A stretch of DNA of 64,000 nt. It comes from Chloroflexota bacterium (lineage in GTDB: Bacteria; Chloroflexota; Limnocylindria; P2-11E). A model generated the notes under the pieces. That model had not been told where the DNA came from and ran no database searches. It saw only the letters and a list, made by a program, of their open reading frames with translations. The stretch lies in contig VBDU01000034.1 in NCBI GenBank assembly GCA_005883625.1, forward strand, positions 4,160-68,159, read 5' to 3'. The translations under genes and the position numbers were made by a program. How positions within the stretch are numbered: the stretch's first letter is position 1; every line of letters begins with the position of its first letter. This document shows, piece after piece, positions 44,241-53,835 of the stretch.

Positions 44241-46205
44241 TCAGTCGCCGGACGCGTATTTCGTGACCCACTCCACTATGCGGCGATTGAAGTCGACGCG
44301 GTGGCTCGGCCTGCCGTTCAGCGGGAAGAGATGCGAGCCGCCGGGATAGCGGACGAACTCTGTCGGGACCTTCCCCGCGGCCACGAGCCCGACGTAGAGC
44401 TCCTCGCCCTGGCCGATCGGACAGCGCTCATCCGCCTCGCCGTGCAGCACGAGCGTCGGGGTGGAGACCCGGTCGACGTAATTCATCGGCGAAAGGCGCC
44501 GATACGTCTCGCGCGCGCCGGCGATGTCGCCACCCAGCTCCCAGGGCGCGAACCACATACCGATGTCGCTCGTCCCGTGGAACGACTCCTGGTTCGTAAC
44601 GGGCGCGCCGACCACCGCCGCTTTGAAGCGATCGGTGTGACCGATCGTCCAGCTCGTCATGAAGCCGCCGTAGCTGTAGCCGCTGACTGCGAGGTGGTCG
44701 GGATCGACGACGCCCGCGGCGACGAGCGCGTCGACCGCGGCGAGGTGCTCGGCGAGGTCGCGCTCGCCCCAGCGGCCGCGGATGCCGTGCGCGAACTCGC
44801 GCCCGTAGGAGCCCGACCCGGTCGGGTTGAGCGCGAGCACGGCCCAGCCGCGTGCCGCGAGCACGTAGCGGTAGAAGTAGGTAAGGCTCAGGAGGTTCCC
44901 GGCGAAGCCTGCCGGCCCGCCATGGATGTCGACGAGGAGGGGCGCCGGTCCGCGACGCTCCGCCGGCAGGAGTAGCCAACCGTCGACCGTGCCGCCGTTC
45001 GGGTTCGCGAAGCTTCGGCGCTCCGCGCGGGGCAAGTCGAGGCGGGCGAGGAGCTCGCGGTTGAGCTCGGTGAGACGGCGCTCGGAGCCGCCGTCCCAGT
45101 CGCAGACGTACACGTCCGCGGGGTTCGCCAAATCGCCGGCGACGAACGCGATCCGCTTGCCCGGCACCGCGCTCGCGAACGTGAGTTGACGCTCGCCACC
45201 GACGACCGCGCTAGTGTCGCCGCTCGCGAAAACGCTGCGGACGAGGTGCGCGCTCCCGCGATCGGCGGCGACGAAGCTCAGCCCGCTGCCGTCCGGCGAC
45301 CACACCGGTCCCGGCGTCACGGCGGGCGGGGGCAGCAGCACGGCGCCCCGGTCGTAGCGCTCGGTCACCTTGCGCGGCGCGCCGCCCTGGCTCGCGACCG
45401 CGTACACGCGCACCATCGGATCGCCGAGCCCGTGCTCCTGCAGGTCATAGCCGTAGCACGCGAGGGTCGTGCCGTCGGGCGACCACGTGGGAGAGACGGC
45501 GCGCGGGATCGCGTCGCTCACCCGCCGCGCCTCGCCGCTCGCGAGGTCGAGCACGTGGAGGTCGGACCAGCTGTAGTCGCTCTTCCCGGTTCGCGTCCGA
45601 CTGAAGGCGAGACGGCCGCCGTCGGGCGACCAGGCCTCGCCGCGGTCCTCGCAGTCGCCGTCGGTCACCTGGCGCGGCGCGCCGGCCGCAAGGTCGACGA
45701 CGAAGAGGTGCCAGCGCCCGTCGAACGTGTAGCCCTGGCCGTCGGCCTTGTACTGCGCCCGCGTGACGCGGCGCGGGCGCTGCTCCCAGCGCTTCCGCGC
45801 CTCCGGATCCGCGGGCGGTGGCTCGAGCCAGACGCGTGCCGAGAACGCGATGCGGCGCGAGTCGGGCGACCACGTGGCGGCGCTCGCGCCCGCGTCGAGC
45901 GACGTGAGCTTGCGCGGCTCGCCGCCGGCCGCGGGCATGACATAGAGCTGCGGCTTCTCATCCTCGCGATCGGAGAGGAACGCAAGGTGCTCGCCGTCGG
46001 GTGACCAGCGCGGGGCGCTGTCGCGCTTGGGGCCTCGCGTGAACCGGAGCGGGCGGCCGCCGTCCGCGGCGAGGACCCAGATCGCCGAGCGATACTCGTC
46101 ACGCTCCACGTCGATCTCGCTCACGACGAAGGCGACGCGGTGGCCGTCGGGCGAGAGCTGGACGTCGGGGATGGTCTTGAAGGCGAGGAGGTCGGCCACG
46201 TCCAT
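44241..46205 (-). CDS. S9-family serine peptidase (acylaminoacyl-peptidase / prolyl-oligopeptidase type) with an N-terminal TolB-like beta-propeller.
   Basis: 654 aa from MDVADLL. WSPDG repeats sit in the propeller. The catalytic GYSYGG (Ser), HGEADERCP (Asp) and GGSHLF (His) motifs are present. The ORF-track extension upstream of 46205 is antisense to GGT and spurious. Confidence 0.85.
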   Translation of the reverse strand: MDVADLLAFKTIPDVQLSPDGHRVAFVVSEIDVERDEYRSAIWVLAADGGRPLRFTRGPKRDSAPRWSPDGEHLAFLSDREDEKPQLYVMPAAGGEPRKLTSLDAGASAATWSPDSRRIAFSARVWLEPPPADPEARKRWEQRPRRVTRAQYKADGQGYTFDGRWHLFVVDLAAGAPRQVTDGDCEDRGEAWSPDGGRLAFSRTRTGKSDYSWSDLHVLDLASGEARRVSDAIPRAVSPTWSPDGTTLACYGYDLQEHGLGDPMVRVYAVASQGGAPRKVTERYDRGAVLLPPPAVTPGPVWSPDGSGLSFVAADRGSAHLVRSVFASGDTSAVVGGERQLTFASAVPGKRIAFVAGDLANPADVYVCDWDGGSERRLTELNRELLARLDLPRAERRSFANPNGGTVDGWLLLPAERRGPAPLLVDIHGGPAGFAGNLLSLTYFYRYVLAARGWAVLALNPTGSGSYGREFAHGIRGRWGERDLAEHLAAVDALVAAGVVDPDHLAVSGYSYGGFMTSWTIGHTDRFKAAVVGAPVTNQESFHGTSDIGMWFAPWELGGDIAGARETYRRLSPMNYVDRVSTPTLVLHGEADERCPIGQGEELYVGLVAAGKVPTEFVRYPGGSHLFPLNGRPSHRVDFNRRIVEWVTKYASGD

Positions 46206-46233
46206 GGGCAGGCAGCGAAGAGTACAGAAGTCG

Positions 46234-46277
46234 GGGCTCCGCCCCCCATCGTCGGGGGCTACGCCCCCCGGCCCCCA
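46234..46277. repeat. Two adjacent REP-like hairpins (GGGGC-TCC-GCCCC and GGGGGC-TAC-GCCCCC-C-GGCCCCC) in the divergent S9/GGT intergenic region.
   Basis: Read directly at 46234-46246 and 46255-46277. Confidence 0.55.
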
Positions 46278-46313
46278 GTTGATCTTCGTGGGCGCCCCGG
46301 TACCCGGTTGATC

Positions 46314-48230
46314 GTGGCAGAGCGGAGCGAGTGGATCTTCACGCGGACCGAGGCGGTCGCGCCCGAAGGCATGATCACCGCGGATCCGCGCGCGGCCGAG
46401 GCCGGCGTCGAGCTCCTGCGCGAAGGCGGGAACGCGCTGGACGCGGCACTCGCGACCGCGTTCGCCCTCGGCGTGACCTCGCCGGTCGGAAGCGGCCTCG
46501 GCGGGATCGCCGGGCTTGTCGTCTCGCGCGACGGCGACGCGAGCTCGTTCGACGGATCGACGCTGGCTCCGATCGCGGCGCGGCCGGACATGTTCGAACT
46601 CGCGGCAGGCGACGCCCGCACCGGCATGTACGGCTGGCCCGCCGTGAAGGGCGACGTGAACATCGAGGGACCGCTCTCCGTCTCGGTCCCCGGTGCGGTG
46701 GCCGCGTACCAGCTGGCGCATCGCCGCTTCGGCAAGCTGCCGTGGCGCCGCCTCTTCGAGCCGGCGATCCGCCTCGCCGCCGACGGTCTCGTCAGCGACT
46801 GGTACGGCACGCTCCTTTTCGGGGCGTACGCGGCACGCCTCCATCGCAACGCCGAGGCGAAGCGCGTGTATTACCGGGCCGGCGGCGCCCCGTACCGGCC
46901 GCAGACCGGATTCGAGGCCCCGGAGCTCATTCGCCAGCCCGAGCTCGCGCGCTCCCTCGAGCTCGTCGCCGAGCGCGGCGCGGAGGTCCTGTATCGCGGC
47001 GAGCTCGCGGCCGCGATCGTCGACGACGTTCGGAACGCGGGCGGGATCCTCGCGCGCGACGATCTCGCGACATACCGCGCCCGCGAGCTCCCGCCGATCG
47101 TCGTGGACTACCGCGGACACCGCGTCCTCACCCTGCCCGGCCTCACGGGCGGGCCGACCGTCGCGCGCGCGCTCGAGCTGCTCGCGCGCGTCGACCTCGG
47201 CAGCTGCCCGCAGCTCTCGGCGGGGAGCCTGCACGAGATCGCGCTCGCCCTCCGCGCCGCGTTCACCGAGCGGCTCAGCTCGCTCGCCGATTCGCCGAAC
47301 ACGACGCAGGTATGCGCCGTCGACCGCGACCGGATGCTCGTGTCGCTCACGGCGACGCTCGGCGGGGGGTTCGGCTCGGGCTTCATGCCGAAGGGGACGG
47401 GCCTGCTGCTGACGAACGGCCTCTACTGGTTCGACCCGCGGCCGGGACGGCCGAACTCGATCGCGCCCGGCAAGCGCGTGCTCTGGGCGGGCGCGCCCTC
47501 GGTGGTCCTGCGCGGCGGCCATCCCTTCCTCGCGCTCGGCGCGCCGGGCGGCCGCCGGATCATGAGCGCGGTCGTGCAGACCCTCGTCAACGTCATCGAC
47601 TACCGTGACGGCCCCCAGGAGGCGACGAGCCGGCCGCGCATCCACGACGAGGGCGAGCGCCTCCAGGTCGACTCCCGCGTCCCGATCGCGGTCCGCGGCG
47701 AGCTGGCGCGGCTCGGACACGACATCGAGGCGAAGATCGAGGACGTCCTACCGCCGGAGACTCCATACGCGCGTTTTCGCGGGCTGTTCCTTAGTGCGCG
47801 ACCGAACGACCTGCACATAGCGCCGACGACCGATCTGCCACGCGTCTGGGCTGGGATGATGGAGCTTGGAATGCCCGGTGGCGTCGCGTCGATGGTGGCG
47901 ATCGCGGACGGCGCGGCCTCGCTCTACTTGAGCACGGGCGGAGCGGTCATCGGAGGACACGCGCACGAGAACGTCCGTGCCGCGGTCCGGCGGTTCCTCG
48001 TCACGCTCGAGCGGTCGCTCGAGGTATTCGCGGTGGCGACGACCTTCGCCCCGCCGACCGCCGGCAAGGTGAGCTTCACCGTCCGTTCCTACGAGGCCGA
48101 TCTCGCCGCTGAGGCTCCGGAGAGCGATCTCGCGGCGGGAGGCCATCGTCTTTCGGCAGCTTTCCTCGGGGGCCACGACGTGCTGACCGAGTTGAGGTTG
48201 GTCGCGCAGGGGACGTCCAAAAGATCCTAA
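46314..48230 (+). CDS. ggt: Gamma-glutamyltransferase-family protein, fused in-frame to a ~120-aa C-terminal region of unknown function.
   Basis: The GGT large-subunit N-terminus is GMITADPRAAEAGVELLREGGNALDAALA. The nucleophile region TTQVCAVDRDRMLVSLTATLGGGFGSG and the motifs GAPGG, RPRIHDEG are present. After ~47760 a short low-GC linker (ccatacgcgcgttttcgcgggctgttccttagtg) is followed by MMELGMPGGVASMVAIADG...GTSKRS with no stop between. The start is GTG at 46314 or ATG at 46371. Confidence 0.7.
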   Translation: MAERSEWIFTRTEAVAPEGMITADPRAAEAGVELLREGGNALDAALATAFALGVTSPVGSGLGGIAGLVVSRDGDASSFDGSTLAPIAARPDMFELAAGDARTGMYGWPAVKGDVNIEGPLSVSVPGAVAAYQLAHRRFGKLPWRRLFEPAIRLAADGLVSDWYGTLLFGAYAARLHRNAEAKRVYYRAGGAPYRPQTGFEAPELIRQPELARSLELVAERGAEVLYRGELAAAIVDDVRNAGGILARDDLATYRARELPPIVVDYRGHRVLTLPGLTGGPTVARALELLARVDLGSCPQLSAGSLHEIALALRAAFTERLSSLADSPNTTQVCAVDRDRMLVSLTATLGGGFGSGFMPKGTGLLLTNGLYWFDPRPGRPNSIAPGKRVLWAGAPSVVLRGGHPFLALGAPGGRRIMSAVVQTLVNVIDYRDGPQEATSRPRIHDEGERLQVDSRVPIAVRGELARLGHDIEAKIEDVLPPETPYARFRGLFLSARPNDLHIAPTTDLPRVWAGMMELGMPGGVASMVAIADGAASLYLSTGGAVIGGHAHENVRAAVRRFLVTLERSLEVFAVATTFAPPTAGKVSFTVRSYEADLAAEAPESDLAAGGHRLSAAFLGGHDVLTELRLVAQGTSKRS

Positions 48231-48288
48231 GCAAACGGTTGACTGGCGCCCTACTCTTCGTCGGCGCACAAAGGGGGGAGGCCGGGGA

Positions 48289-50385
48289 ATGAAGCGTCTT
48301 GTCGTCCTGTTCGCGGTCGCGGTCCTCGCGTGCACGCCTACCACGCCCGACGGACGGGGCCAGTCGCCGAGCGGCACCGCCGCAGAGGCGCAGCGCTCGC
48401 CGCTCTCGCGCATCACCAAGCTCGTCGTCGACAAGGTCGAGTCCCCGACCTTCGAGGGACGCGCCTTCGGCGAGGTCGGCCAGTACGAAAAGCTCACCGG
48501 CCGCGCGTTCGGGGTCGCGGATCCCAAGGACCCCGTCGACGCGACGATCGTGAACATCGAACGCGCCCCACGCAACGCGCAGGGCCTCGTCGAGTACGAC
48601 GTCGACTTCTACATCCTCAAGCCGATCGACATGACCAAAGGCAACAAGTCGCTCTTCTACGACGTCGTGAACCGGGGTAACAAGAATCTGCACACGACCT
48701 TCAACGTCGGCGCCGGCGGCGGGAACAACCCGACGAAGGCGGCCGACGCCGGCGACGGGCTCCTCATGAACATGGGCTACACGCTCGTCTGGAGCGGGTG
48801 GCAAGGGGACGTCCTGCCAGGCGGCGACCGGCAGACGGTGCGCTTCCCGATCGCGACCGCGTCGAGTGGCGGCCCGATCACGAAGAAGATCTGGACCGAG
48901 TTCGTCTTCGACACACCCTCGACGTACACCGTTCCCGTGAGCTGGGACCGCGGACCCGACGTCAAGCCCTACCCGGCGGTCGAGTCCGCGATGTCACAGG
49001 CCGCGCTCAGCAGGAGGAAGGGGACCGACGGCGAGTCGCAGCCGATCGCGCGTAGCGATTGGTCGTTCGGCAAATGCGCCGACGGGAAGGCGGTCACGCC
49101 GACCAACGTGGACGTCTGCTACCCGGCCGGCTTCTCGGGCGACTGGGTCTACGACCTCGTCTACGAAGCTCGGGATCCCATGGTCATGGGTCTGGGTTTC
49201 GCGGCGACGCGCGACATCATGTCGTTCCTGCGCTTCGACACGAGCGACGGCAACCCTCTCGTCACGAAGAGCTCGAACAAGAACCCGATCGAGTGGGCGC
49301 TGGGCTTCGGCAGCTCGCAGTCCGGCCGCTTCCTCAAGGACCTCATCTACCAGGGGTTCAACCAGGACACGAACGGGCGCAAGGTCTTCGACGGCGCGAT
49401 CCCGCACATCAGCGGGTCGCGCAAGACCTACACGAACTATGAGTTCGCGATGCCCGGCCGCTTCTCGACGCAGCTCGAGGGGCACCACTACCCGGGCGAC
49501 CAGTTCCCGTTCACGTACGCGACGCTCACGGACTCGGTGAGTGGCAAGACCGATGGCGTGCTCGCGAAATGCGCGGCGCAGAAGGCGTGCCCCAAGATCA
49601 TGCATTGGGACTCGGGCCTCGAGTTCTGGTCGGCGCGCAGCTCGCTCGTCGTCACGGACACCAAGGGCGGCGCCGAGGTCCCGATCCCCGACAACGTCCG
49701 GCTGTACCTCTTCTCCAGCACACAGCACGGCCCCGCGGCGGCGCCGGCGAAGGGCATCTGCCAGCAGCTCACGAACCCGCTGCAATACCGCGAGACGCAG
49801 CGCGCGCTCATGGCGGATCTCTTCCAGTGGGTGACGAAGGAGACCGCGCCGCCCCCAAGCCGCTTCCCGAGCCTCGCGAAGGGCGAGCTCGTGCCGTCGC
49901 TCCCGCAGAGCGGTCAGGGCTTCCCGGCGATCCCGGGCGTGACCTTCAGCGGACGCGTCAACCACCTCTCGGTCATCGACTACAGCCAGCTTCCGGCGCG
50001 CCATGTGCCCGGCCAGGACTACCACGTGCTCGTGCCGAAGGTCGACGCCGACGGCAACGACATGGCGGGCGTGCGCTCCGCCAACCTCCTGGCTCCGATC
50101 GGCACCTACACCGGCTGGAACCTCCGCGCGAAGGGCTTCATGGAGGGCGAGGGCTGCTATCTCAACGGCAGCTACGTGCCGTTCGCGCAGACGAAGGCCC
50201 AGCGCAGCGCCGCGAACGACCCGCGGCCCTCTCTCGAGGAGCGGTACGGCACGCGTCAGAAGTACGTCGACACGATCAGCACGGCCGCGAGGCAGCTCGT
50301 GGCGGACCGGCTGATGCTCCAGCAGGATGCGGAGCGGATCATCGGCGCGGCGGCCACTACGGACCTCGGGACCGCGGTGAAGTGA
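48289..50385 (+). CDS. Large lipoprotein of unknown function.
   Basis: Lipobox VLACT. 698 aa. It contains GFGSSQSGRF (a possible Ser-hydrolase-like motif) but cannot be assigned to a family from sequence alone. Confidence 0.6.
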   Translation: MKRLVVLFAVAVLACTPTTPDGRGQSPSGTAAEAQRSPLSRITKLVVDKVESPTFEGRAFGEVGQYEKLTGRAFGVADPKDPVDATIVNIERAPRNAQGLVEYDVDFYILKPIDMTKGNKSLFYDVVNRGNKNLHTTFNVGAGGGNNPTKAADAGDGLLMNMGYTLVWSGWQGDVLPGGDRQTVRFPIATASSGGPITKKIWTEFVFDTPSTYTVPVSWDRGPDVKPYPAVESAMSQAALSRRKGTDGESQPIARSDWSFGKCADGKAVTPTNVDVCYPAGFSGDWVYDLVYEARDPMVMGLGFAATRDIMSFLRFDTSDGNPLVTKSSNKNPIEWALGFGSSQSGRFLKDLIYQGFNQDTNGRKVFDGAIPHISGSRKTYTNYEFAMPGRFSTQLEGHHYPGDQFPFTYATLTDSVSGKTDGVLAKCAAQKACPKIMHWDSGLEFWSARSSLVVTDTKGGAEVPIPDNVRLYLFSSTQHGPAAAPAKGICQQLTNPLQYRETQRALMADLFQWVTKETAPPPSRFPSLAKGELVPSLPQSGQGFPAIPGVTFSGRVNHLSVIDYSQLPARHVPGQDYHVLVPKVDADGNDMAGVRSANLLAPIGTYTGWNLRAKGFMEGEGCYLNGSYVPFAQTKAQRSAANDPRPSLEERYGTRQKYVDTISTAARQLVADRLMLQQDAERIIGAAATTDLGTAVK

Positions 50386-50467
50386 CCGCGACCTAACTCG
50401 TACGCACGGGTACGACATAGCCGACTGGCGGCGGGCATGGCACGCCCGCCGCTAGTGTTCTCCCGCG

Positions 50468-51751
50468 ATGGCGCGCTTCATCATCGAGGGCGGCACGCCG
50501 CTGCACGGCGAGATCACCCCGGCGGGCAACAAGAACGAAGCGCTGCCGCTCATCGCGGCGAGCCTCCTCACCGACGAGCCGATGACCCTCCACAACGTAC
50601 CGCGTATACGCGACGTGCGCGGCATGCTGGAGATCGCGAGTGGCCTCGGCGCGACGGTCGAGGAGCTCGACCCCCATACCGTGCGGATCGTCGCCGCGGG
50701 CGTCCGCACGACGGACGTGCCCACGTCGCTCGCCAAAGAGATCCGCACCTCCCTCTTGTTCGCCGGCTCGCTGCTCGGCCGGCACAAGAAGGTCCGGCTC
50801 GGACGGCCCGGCGGGGATGTCATCGGGCGGCGACGTAACGACCCGCACTTCCACGCGCTGCGCGCGCTCGGCGCGGAGCTGGACACGTCGTCGGGCGGCT
50901 ATGGGATGCACACCGCCGGCCTGGTCGGCGCGGACATCCTGCTCGACGAGCCGTCGGTAACGGCGACGGAGAACGCGCTCATTGGCGCGGCCCTCGCGAA
51001 GGGCCGTACGGTGATCCGGAACGCGGCGAGCGAGCCGCACGTCCAACAGCTCGGCCTCGCGCTCATGAAGATGGGCGCGCGCATGGTCGGTGTGGGCACG
51101 AACACGATCACGATCGACGGCGTCGACCGCCTCAGGGGCATCGAGCACACGATCCTGTCCGATCACATGGAGATCGGCTCGCTCATCGGAGCGGCCGCGA
51201 TGACGCACGGACAGGTCACGATCAAGAGCGCCGTGCCCAAGCACATGCGGATGACCCAGATGGTCTTCAAGCGGCTCGGAGTGGCCACCGAGATACGGGG
51301 CGAGGACCTCTCCGTCCCCGCGCAGGACCGCTTCGTGATGGAGCCGGATCTCGGCGGCGCGATCCCGCGAATCCAGTCGCAGATCTGGCCAGGCTTCCCC
51401 TCGGACCTCACGAGCATCGCGACCGCGATGGCGACGCAGTCCGAGGGCATGGTGCTCATCCACGAGTGGATGTACGAAGGCCGGCTCTACTTCGCCGACG
51501 CGCTCTCGCGAGAGATGGGCGCGCGGATCATCCTCGCCGACCCGCATCGCGCCATCGTGACGGGGCCGAGCCAGCTCTACGCGGCGGAGCTTCGCAGCCC
51601 GGACATCCGCGCGGGCATGGCGCTCCTCGCGGCGACGCTCTGCGCGAAAGGGACCAGCGTCATCAACAGCATCGAACAGATCGATCGCGGTTACGAGGAG
51701 CTCGATGTGAGGCTCCGCGCGCTGGGCGCGAAGATCGAACGCGCCGCTTGA
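50468..51751 (+). CDS. murA: UDP-N-acetylglucosamine 1-carboxyvinyltransferase.
   Basis: 427 aa matching EPSP-synthase fold motifs (GNKNEALPLIAASLL, PGGDVIGRRRNDPHFHAL). Confidence 0.9.
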   Translation: MARFIIEGGTPLHGEITPAGNKNEALPLIAASLLTDEPMTLHNVPRIRDVRGMLEIASGLGATVEELDPHTVRIVAAGVRTTDVPTSLAKEIRTSLLFAGSLLGRHKKVRLGRPGGDVIGRRRNDPHFHALRALGAELDTSSGGYGMHTAGLVGADILLDEPSVTATENALIGAALAKGRTVIRNAASEPHVQQLGLALMKMGARMVGVGTNTITIDGVDRLRGIEHTILSDHMEIGSLIGAAAMTHGQVTIKSAVPKHMRMTQMVFKRLGVATEIRGEDLSVPAQDRFVMEPDLGGAIPRIQSQIWPGFPSDLTSIATAMATQSEGMVLIHEWMYEGRLYFADALSREMGARIILADPHRAIVTGPSQLYAAELRSPDIRAGMALLAATLCAKGTSVINSIEQIDRGYEELDVRLRALGAKIERAA

Positions 51752-52983
51752 CCGGCTTCGCGACCCACGTCGAATGCGCGCGCTGCAACACGGATTACCC
51801 GGTAGACCAGATCGCGCAGGTCTGCAAGCTCGACGGCGGACCGCTCCTCGTGCGCTACGACCTCACTCGCGTGCGGGCCGCGGTCACGCGCGAGGCGGTG
51901 ACGGCCCGACCGGCGACGCTCTGGCGCTACCGCGAGCTCCTGCCGATGACCGGCGAATCGATCGTCACGCTCGGCGAGCCCGTGACGCCGCTCGACGAGG
52001 CGCCGCGCCTGGGGGCCGCCCTCGGCGTGCCGAGGCTGCGGGTGAAGGACGAAGGCCTCCTGCCGACGGGGACGTTCAAGGCGCGGGGCGCGGCGGTCGG
52101 GGTCACGCGGGCGAGGGAGCTCGGCGTGACGGTGCTCGCGCTGCCCACGGCGGGGAACGCGGGCGCGGCGTGGGCGGCCTACGGTGCGCGCGCCGGGCTG
52201 CGCGTCGTCGTCGTCATGCCCGAGACCACGCCCGAGGTCATCGTCCGCGAGACCTCCGCGTACGGCGCCGAGACGTACCTCGTGCCGGGCTCCATCGCGG
52301 ACGCGGGGAAGGTCGTGCGCCAGGCCTGTGACCGCTACGGCTGGTACGACGCCTCGACGCTGCGCGAGCCGTACCGCATCGAGGGGAAGAAGACGATGGG
52401 GTTCGAGCTCGCCGAGCAGCTGGGCTGGCGCCTCCCCGAGGTGATCGTCTACCCCACGGGGGGCGGCGTCGGGCTCATCGGCATGTGGAAGGCGTTCCAG
52501 GAGCTCCGCGCGATCGGCTGGCTCGCGCAGAGCGCGAAGACACGCTTCGTGGCTGCGCAGTCCACCGGCTGCGCGCCGATCGTGCGCGCCTTCGAGGAAG
52601 GGTGGGACGAGTCGGAGGCCTGGCCGGACCCGCGGACGTTCGCCGCGGGGATCCGCGTGCCGAAGGCGCTCGGTGACTTCATCGTCCTGAAGGCGCTGCG
52701 CGAGTCGGGAGGCACGGCCGTGGCGGTCAGCGACGACGACATCCGTGCCACCATGCGAGCCGCCGGCGAAGCCGAAGGGATGCTGGTGTGCCCCGAGGGC
52801 GCCGCGGCGCTCGCAGCCGCGGAGGGGCTGCGGCGCGACGGCTGGATCGGCGAGGACGAGCAGGTCGTCGTGTTCAACACCGGGACGGGTCTCAAGTACG
52901 CGGAGTCGCTGCCGGGCGCCACGCCCCGCCGCCTCGGGGCGAACGAGCTGCCGGAGGAGAGCGCCGCGCTCCGGCGGGCCTAG
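51748..52983 (+). CDS. thrC: Threonine synthase.
   Basis: PTGTFKARGAAVGV places the PLP lysine in a PALP-fold context. The N-terminus carries a HxECxxC zinc-ribbon-like motif (HVECARCNTDY). The TTG start overlaps the murA TGA (cTTGAcc). Confidence 0.85.
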   Translation: MTGFATHVECARCNTDYPVDQIAQVCKLDGGPLLVRYDLTRVRAAVTREAVTARPATLWRYRELLPMTGESIVTLGEPVTPLDEAPRLGAALGVPRLRVKDEGLLPTGTFKARGAAVGVTRARELGVTVLALPTAGNAGAAWAAYGARAGLRVVVVMPETTPEVIVRETSAYGAETYLVPGSIADAGKVVRQACDRYGWYDASTLREPYRIEGKKTMGFELAEQLGWRLPEVIVYPTGGGVGLIGMWKAFQELRAIGWLAQSAKTRFVAAQSTGCAPIVRAFEEGWDESEAWPDPRTFAAGIRVPKALGDFIVLKALRESGGTAVAVSDDDIRATMRAAGEAEGMLVCPEGAAALAAAEGLRRDGWIGEDEQVVVFNTGTGLKYAESLPGATPRRLGANELPEESAALRRA

Positions 52984-53007
52984 GCCCGACGGTATGCTCC
53001 CGCGGAC

Positions 53008-53496
53008 ATGCGAACGGCCACTATGGCGGCTTCGCGGCGCGGCATCCTCGGTGGCGCGGTCCTCGTCGCGATCGGTCTGGCGTTCATGCTGCAGGCGGTC
53101 GGACTGCCCAACGCGGCGTCATATCTCTTCATCACGCTCGGCATCGCGTTCGCCGCGGCGTGGTGGACGGGCACGCGGCAGTACGTCTATCTCGTGCCCG
53201 CGGGGGTGCTCCTGGGCTTCGGTCTCGGCCTCGTCATCCCGACCTGGCTCGGCCTTTCCGCCGAGACCGCCGCGCCGATCTTCCTTGGCACGCTCGCCGC
53301 GGGTCTCGTGGCCGTCTTCCTCCTCGCGCCCGATCGACCGCTCCCGCTCGTCATCGCGGGCATCGTCATGCTCGTCACGCTCGTGCAGCTCTTCCTGCGC
53401 ATCGACCTCGTCCCGCCCATGGCGCAGCCGTTCTTCGTCCCGGTCATCCTCATCGTCGTCGGCGCGTACCTGCTCGTGGAGCCGCGCACCCACTAG
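53008..53496 (+). CDS. Integral membrane protein (hypothetical, ~5 TMS).
   Basis: The translation is highly hydrophobic with regularly spaced charged residues. Confidence 0.55.
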   Translation: MRTATMAASRRGILGGAVLVAIGLAFMLQAVGLPNAASYLFITLGIAFAAAWWTGTRQYVYLVPAGVLLGFGLGLVIPTWLGLSAETAAPIFLGTLAAGLVAVFLLAPDRPLPLVIAGIVMLVTLVQLFLRIDLVPPMAQPFFVPVILIVVGAYLLVEPRTH

Positions 53497-53604
53497 CCCA
53501 GGGCGCGAGCTGGGGGCCCTGCGTCGTGCTCCGCCGTAGCCGACGCGGCTGCGCCATTCCCGGGTCACCGGCTGTTGGACCGAATTCTGGTCTACGTTCG
53601 GCTT

Positions 53605-53793
53605 GTGAAGACTCTCCCACTGTCTGAAGCCAAGGCCACGCTGAGCCGGCTCGTCGACCAGGTCGCGAGCCGCGACGAGCAGATCGTCATCACGCGGAAC
53701 GGAAAACCCGTGGCGATGCTCGTCAGCCCCGACGAGATCGAAGGCTGGAAAGCGACGCTTGAGATCTGCGACTCCGCCGCGACCGAGCGATGA
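53605..53793 (+). CDS. Phd/YefM-family type II antitoxin with no detectable partner toxin.
   Basis: VKTLPLSEAKATLSRLVDQVASRDEQIVITRNGKPVAMLVSPDEIEGW is classic Phd/YefM. Only 7- to 10-codon ORF fragments lie between it and cbs. Confidence 0.7.
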   Translation: MKTLPLSEAKATLSRLVDQVASRDEQIVITRNGKPVAMLVSPDEIEGWKATLEICDSAATER

Positions 53794-53835
53794 GGCGGCG
53801 CGCCCGGTGATGGCCGACTACCATCGACGCGCGAC

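Noticed and set aside
44241-47720. Upper 1.5 kb of the 1159-aa minus-strand ORF (46206-47720)
   Set aside because: Only the 3' 654 codons encode the S9 peptidase. The remainder is antisense to ggt.
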